From an uncultured Candidatus Saccharibacteria bacterium (GTDB lineage: Bacteria > Patescibacteriota > Saccharimonadia > Saccharimonadales > CAZICT01), in assembly GCA_964537935.1 (NCBI GenBank), contig CAZICT010000005.1, positions 1 through 62,795 on the forward strand: DNA of 62,795 nt. The letters are read 5' to 3'. A model generated the notes under the pieces. It was not told the origin of the DNA, did no database searches, and was given only the letters and a program-made list of their open reading frames with translations. Below, in pieces: positions 59,123-62,795 of the stretch. Position 1 is the first letter of the stretch. Each line of letters opens with the position of its first letter. Position numbers and translations under genes: made by a program.

Positions 59123-62100
59123 CTAACCTTGGAGTTCTACTGGCGCATAGTTCAGGTCTTTTACAAACTTATGTATCTCTTCCACGGTTCTTACTTTTCC
59201 GTCAGATTGTGCCTTAGCATATCCGCGAATAGCTATATTAAAAGCAGCCTGTAAATCCGCATCGGCAATATGATGACAATCAGTGTACGGACATACGAAT
59301 ATGGCGATATTACCTCTAGGCTTACCGGTTCCAAACTTTTGGCTAAGTTTTCCCCAATTTTTTCGACGCTTGACTATCTCCATGCCAAGTCCCTCGTCGT
59401 TCGGTCGCATGGCTTTATAAATCAAAATCTTTAAATCTTTACCCTTAATTACTCTCTTCGTATCTTGTTTGCCTAGTAGTCGAATTTCACCATCGGTGAT
59501 CGCAGTCTTAAGTAGTTTGTCTTCGTAGGTTTCAAGCTCATAATTGCTATTAATATCTATTGCCAGGCTTGCCCATCGCTTACATCTGCTGCATGTTTGC
59601 GAGGTTCCGGCGGCAGTCATCTCAAGTCCCCAATTGTTGGCGCCGAAGTCTCCCCAGGCCATCTTGTTGGCAGGGTTATTATCTTTCTTGCGAATATCGG
59701 CGCGTTTCACAGAATTGTACACTCTGCTAATTCTTGATCCGCCGGCTTCAAAAGCGCTGACTTCGTACTCAAAGCTCAATCTTGCATTTTTGCGGACAGC
59801 TAAATCTTCCAGTTGATTTCGATAAGTTCCAATGAGGCTTTCTCTGATTCTAGCGATTCTGGTATCAGATGAATTGAAAGTTGCTCGAACCTGATTTTCA
59901 CGCAACCTTTTTACGGCGCTTTTCAGTTTCTGTTGCTGAGGATCTGCTATGAAACCGCTCTCAAGTTGATCGATTATACCATCGTTAGCCTCGATCAAGT
60001 TCCAGGCTAAGCCGTATTCTCCAATATCGACCCCGATAAATCGGTTTTCAGCCGTTCGAGTTCCTTTACTCCGTGGCTTTATCTCGAACGGCTGACTTAC
60101 AAAAACTCGCGGGTCAGAAATTTTTGATATCTGCGGCCTATCGCCAGACCAGTCCAGCTCGATTGTCTTTTCAGCTATGCAGAATGCGCCGCCAGCTCCC
60201 AATTCAGTTTTCTTACGGTTGTGCAGACCCATAAACCAATCTAGAAATTGAACTTGATACTTGCTGGAGCGCACTTCGAGCGCCGGCGCCAAAGATACTC
60301 TTTCTCGCAAGTCGGCTTTAGTAAAGTTATAAGTTTTATTAAACAAGGTAATCTCACTACGTTGGCCGAACTTATCAGGCAACAGTGCGTATACGTATCG
60401 ATTGTTCCTTATACCAAGGTTGACTTGACCGCCATTCACGGCTTGCAGTGTACTTCGAGTTATGAATTTACGTCGTGAAATCAGGCTACTATAACCGCCT
60501 AGGTTCGAATGCATCAATACGACTTCACGTTCTTTGTCGCTACCTCGTACCAAAGCCGATACGACAATTTTAGACAAATGTACGGTGTCTCGCAGCAGAT
60601 TGTTTTCCTGCGGTGTGCTCTTAGTCTTTTCGTACAGGTCACCTAATTCAGATAATTCGACCAGCCTAGACACGCTGATTTTGTTTTCAATCGCTAGTTG
60701 AGAAACCTTTGTGCGCTCGTAACCGGATACAAAAAAGCGCTTTCTTTCGTTTCGGTCGGCGAATTTAACGCGCAATTCGCGCTCGATAGTTTCAAGACGT
60801 CTTTTGATTTCAGGGTCTCCATCGCTGCTTATGCGTTGCCATAGTACAGCCAGCATGTCTACTTGTTTGTCGGTGATTTCGTAGTCGTCGAATCGCTCCT
60901 TAATTACAGTTTCAAGCTTTTTAATATCTTCACGAATAAGCTCCTTGAGGTTTAGTAGTTTTTTCCATAACGCGTACTTATTTTCTCCAAAGAAAAGCGG
61001 GGAACTTTGAATGCGTTTACTTAACTGTCTTTGCCAGCCAGCCGGTAATTCATTCTCTTTGTTGTTTTGGCTCCACTCGTTCAAATCGGTTTTTAGTGTC
61101 GCCAAGTAACTTTCCAGTTCGTCGCTGAATCTACGGTCTATCTTAGCGCCATGGTCTCTCAAAAAATCCAAAGTCTCCGCCAGGATACCCTCTTTTATGT
61201 TATTACCACCGGGAAGCGCATCGCTAATGTTCTTTAAAAGTTCCCTAAGCCCACCTGTTACTTCACCGGTCTTTTTGTCGATCTTGCCGTCAAGCTGCTC
61301 CAATGCAGCTTCTTGTTTGGATACCCTGTTGCTATACCAGCTCTCGACAGTACCGTTGAAATCACTGCGATAATCACTCCACTTGTTGACTAGTTTTGAG
61401 TCGTCAATCTTATCAGCAAGTTTTTTAAGCTCACCAAGCCTGTTTCTTATTTCGGCAAATTCATTGAAGCCATATGTGTCATCTAAGAACTTTGCTACAG
61501 TGTCGATATCTTCCTGCTTAAGGCATGTCAGCAGATTGCCGAATACACCGTTAAAGTAATTGCCGTTATCGCCGATCGCCAGAAATCTTTTTGTCTGCGC
61601 GGCGTCGATTCGACTTTCGTAGAAATCGACGATTCTATCCATAAATTCAGTTCTGTCGTCGCAAGCGATCACCGGGAAGCTCGGGTCCAGCGCAAAGCTA
61701 AGAGTCATGCTACGTTCAGGAAGCTTCGGCACAGGAATTGCGAAAATCGTACATTTGAATTCTAACTGGTCCTTGTCGAGGCTAAAACCTTCCGACCATT
61801 TTTTGGCTATCTTTTCCATAACCGCCGGATCAACACTTTTCTTTACAAGGTTAAATATGATCTTTTGCCGTTGTTCATCGGTCTTTCTCTCAACACCGCG
61901 ATGAGCTTTGATTAAGAACTGGCAAAAAGCTTGCTCATCAACGACATCCTTGATAGACGCTGCAAGTTTGTTATAGCAGTTTTGCCATATCGTCTTTTTG
62001 CCTAAATACCCCAGGAACTCATTCTCTATGCTGTTCTGGTTAGAGAATACAAAGCCAAGCGACAATGCTTTTAGCCAAAAATCCATCAGGCTAGGAGAGT

Positions 62101-62293
62101 TGTCGTGTGTCAGAAACTCATCGAAATTGATTGGACCGTAAAGGGTGCGATAATCGCTGACTATAGCTTCAGCTACTTCGTTTCTAAGACCTACACCCCC
62201 CTCAATGTCAACGAGTTCATATTTTATTGAACGCATCGAACCGGTGCCTCCCGAGTAGGCAATCCGTTGGTCGTGAAGTCGATAACCTTTCAT
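59123..62293 (-). CDS. cas12d: type V CRISPR effector, Cas12d (CasY)-like, 1056 aa
   Basis: C-terminal split RuvC: I = RFIGVDIGEYGLAW (D756, nt 60026-60028); II = ARLSFEYEVS (E842, nt 59768-59770); III = HHIADADLQAAFNIAIRG (D1011, nt 59261-59263). Zn ribbon C901xxC904 ... C1001x4C1006 lies between II and III. No HNH domain. The N-terminal ~750 aa has no known motifs. The gene is 146 nt from a CRISPR array. Confidence 0.8.
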   Translation of the reverse strand: MKGYRLHDQRIAYSGGTGSMRSIKYELVDIEGGVGLRNEVAEAIVSDYRTLYGPINFDEFLTHDNSPSLMDFWLKALSLGFVFSNQNSIENEFLGYLGKKTIWQNCYNKLAASIKDVVDEQAFCQFLIKAHRGVERKTDEQRQKIIFNLVKKSVDPAVMEKIAKKWSEGFSLDKDQLEFKCTIFAIPVPKLPERSMTLSFALDPSFPVIACDDRTEFMDRIVDFYESRIDAAQTKRFLAIGDNGNYFNGVFGNLLTCLKQEDIDTVAKFLDDTYGFNEFAEIRNRLGELKKLADKIDDSKLVNKWSDYRSDFNGTVESWYSNRVSKQEAALEQLDGKIDKKTGEVTGGLRELLKNISDALPGGNNIKEGILAETLDFLRDHGAKIDRRFSDELESYLATLKTDLNEWSQNNKENELPAGWQRQLSKRIQSSPLFFGENKYALWKKLLNLKELIREDIKKLETVIKERFDDYEITDKQVDMLAVLWQRISSDGDPEIKRRLETIERELRVKFADRNERKRFFVSGYERTKVSQLAIENKISVSRLVELSELGDLYEKTKSTPQENNLLRDTVHLSKIVVSALVRGSDKEREVVLMHSNLGGYSSLISRRKFITRSTLQAVNGGQVNLGIRNNRYVYALLPDKFGQRSEITLFNKTYNFTKADLRERVSLAPALEVRSSKYQVQFLDWFMGLHNRKKTELGAGGAFCIAEKTIELDWSGDRPQISKISDPRVFVSQPFEIKPRSKGTRTAENRFIGVDIGEYGLAWNLIEANDGIIDQLESGFIADPQQQKLKSAVKRLRENQVRATFNSSDTRIARIRESLIGTYRNQLEDLAVRKNARLSFEYEVSAFEAGGSRISRVYNSVKRADIRKKDNNPANKMAWGDFGANNWGLEMTAAGTSQTCSRCKRWASLAIDINSNYELETYEDKLLKTAITDGEIRLLGKQDTKRVIKGKDLKILIYKAMRPNDEGLGMEIVKRRKNWGKLSQKFGTGKPRGNIAIFVCPYTDCHHIADADLQAAFNIAIRGYAKAQSDGKVRTVEEIHKFVKDLNYAPVELQG

Positions 62294-62351
62294 TAATCTC
62301 TCAGCGTCAATCTGAAGACCCGTACTTTACATGTGTATCAAGGTATCTGGT

Positions 62352-62422
62352 AAAAAGGCTAAAGTGTACGCCTTTAAGTACACCGGAAAATCCCAGAATT
62401 TAAGACTATAGAGGCTAAAGGC
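62352..62422 (-). ncRNA. candidate anti-repeat (scoutRNA/tracr-like) RNA between the cas gene and the array
   Basis: The plus strand carries ctATAGAGGctAAAGGC (62406-62422) and AAAAAGGC (62352-62359), which copy the crRNA-sense repeat AAUAGAGGAAAAAAGGC. A minus-strand transcript would therefore be complementary to the repeat. Hairpin gtgtac/gtacac at 62364-62383. aggctaaag occurs twice. No expression data. Confidence 0.35.
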
Positions 62423-62439
62423 AGTTTAAAAACAAAGTC

Positions 62440-62795
62440 TAATCTACGATTCTATTTTTCGAGGTGAGTTCCTAACGTTCTTGCCTTTTTTCCTCTATTT
62501 TTCGAGGGGTCTATTTTTAGACAGTTGCCTTTTTTCCTCTATTTTTCGAGGCTAGCTGAATAGCCTCGCGGCCTTTTTTCCTCTATTTTTCGAGGCCGAA
62601 GCTATGTTGTAGGGCCTTTTTTCCTCTATTTTTCGAGGCCTCAACAGTTCGGTGCTGCCTTTTTTCCTCTATTTTTCGAGGACTCTAATAACTGGCGGTG
62701 CCTTTTTTCCTCTATTTTTCGAGGATCCCGTAGTTTGCTATTGCCTTTTTTCCTCTATTTTTCGAGGCTAGCTGAATAGCCTCGCGGCCTTTTTT
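62440..62795 (-). CRISPR. CRISPR array with 25-nt repeats and 18-19-nt spacers, truncated by the window end
   Basis: Seven identical full repeats gccttttttcctctatttttcgagg start at 62483, 62527, 62571, 62614, 62657, 62700 and 62743. A partial eighth starts at 62787. A degenerate repeat at 62440-62464 keeps 14 nt (tctatttttcgagg). Spacer lengths are 18, 19, 19, 18, 18, 18, 18, 19 nt. The minus-strand orientation is inferred. Confidence 0.95.

Noticed and set aside
59123-62293. Cas9-like identity, because IGVDIGEYGLAW resembles the Cas9 RuvC-I motif.
   Set aside because: The motif sits at residue ~756 of 1056 rather than at the N-terminus. No HNH domain lies between RuvC-II and RuvC-III, only a Zn ribbon. 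This is the type V (Cas12) topology.
59123-62293. TnpB/IS200-IS605 transposon nuclease.
   Set aside because: At 1056 aa it is much larger than TnpB (about 400 aa). No TnpA gene or obvious transposon-end hairpins flank it, and it abuts a bona fide CRISPR array. A distant evolutionary relationship is expected, but the locus is not a transposon.

Overview
This 62.8-kb window looks like chromosomal DNA from a small-genome, Gram-positive-like bacterium. Gene content suggests a CPR/Patescibacteria organism, possibly Saccharibacteria-like, but that is inference only. The standard genetic code applies, since TGA ends conserved genes. Most of the window is housekeeping or stress-related: ligA, leuS, murF-like, rpmF-nusB-nudix-rnc, rpsP-KH-trmD, three tRNAs, htpX/lemA, regulators and many small membrane proteins. 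An oxygen-handling block carries Ni-SOD with its protease, NDH-2, an FAD-linked oxidase and cyoABCDE. The stand-out is at the right edge. A 1056-aa protein (59123-62293, minus strand) has a C-terminal split RuvC domain (D756, E842, D1011) interrupted by a CxxC...Cx4C zinc ribbon, and an N-terminal ~750 aa with no recognisable motifs. It sits 146 nt from a CRISPR array (62440-62795, running off the window) of 25-nt repeats and unusually short 18-19-nt spacers. This is a compact single-effector type V system, most consistent with the CasY/Cas12d family. The intergenic gap carries inverted partial repeat copies that could encode a short anti-repeat (scoutRNA/tracr-like) RNA. No cas1, cas2 or cas4 is visible on the sequenced side. 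Secondary observations: a complete Nudix domain inserted in LeuS, a duplicated tRNA-Ala 3' end, an in-frame TAA between a PhnB-like ORF and a DUF1801 ORF, and a five-codon Cys-rich mini-ORF behind an ArsR gene.
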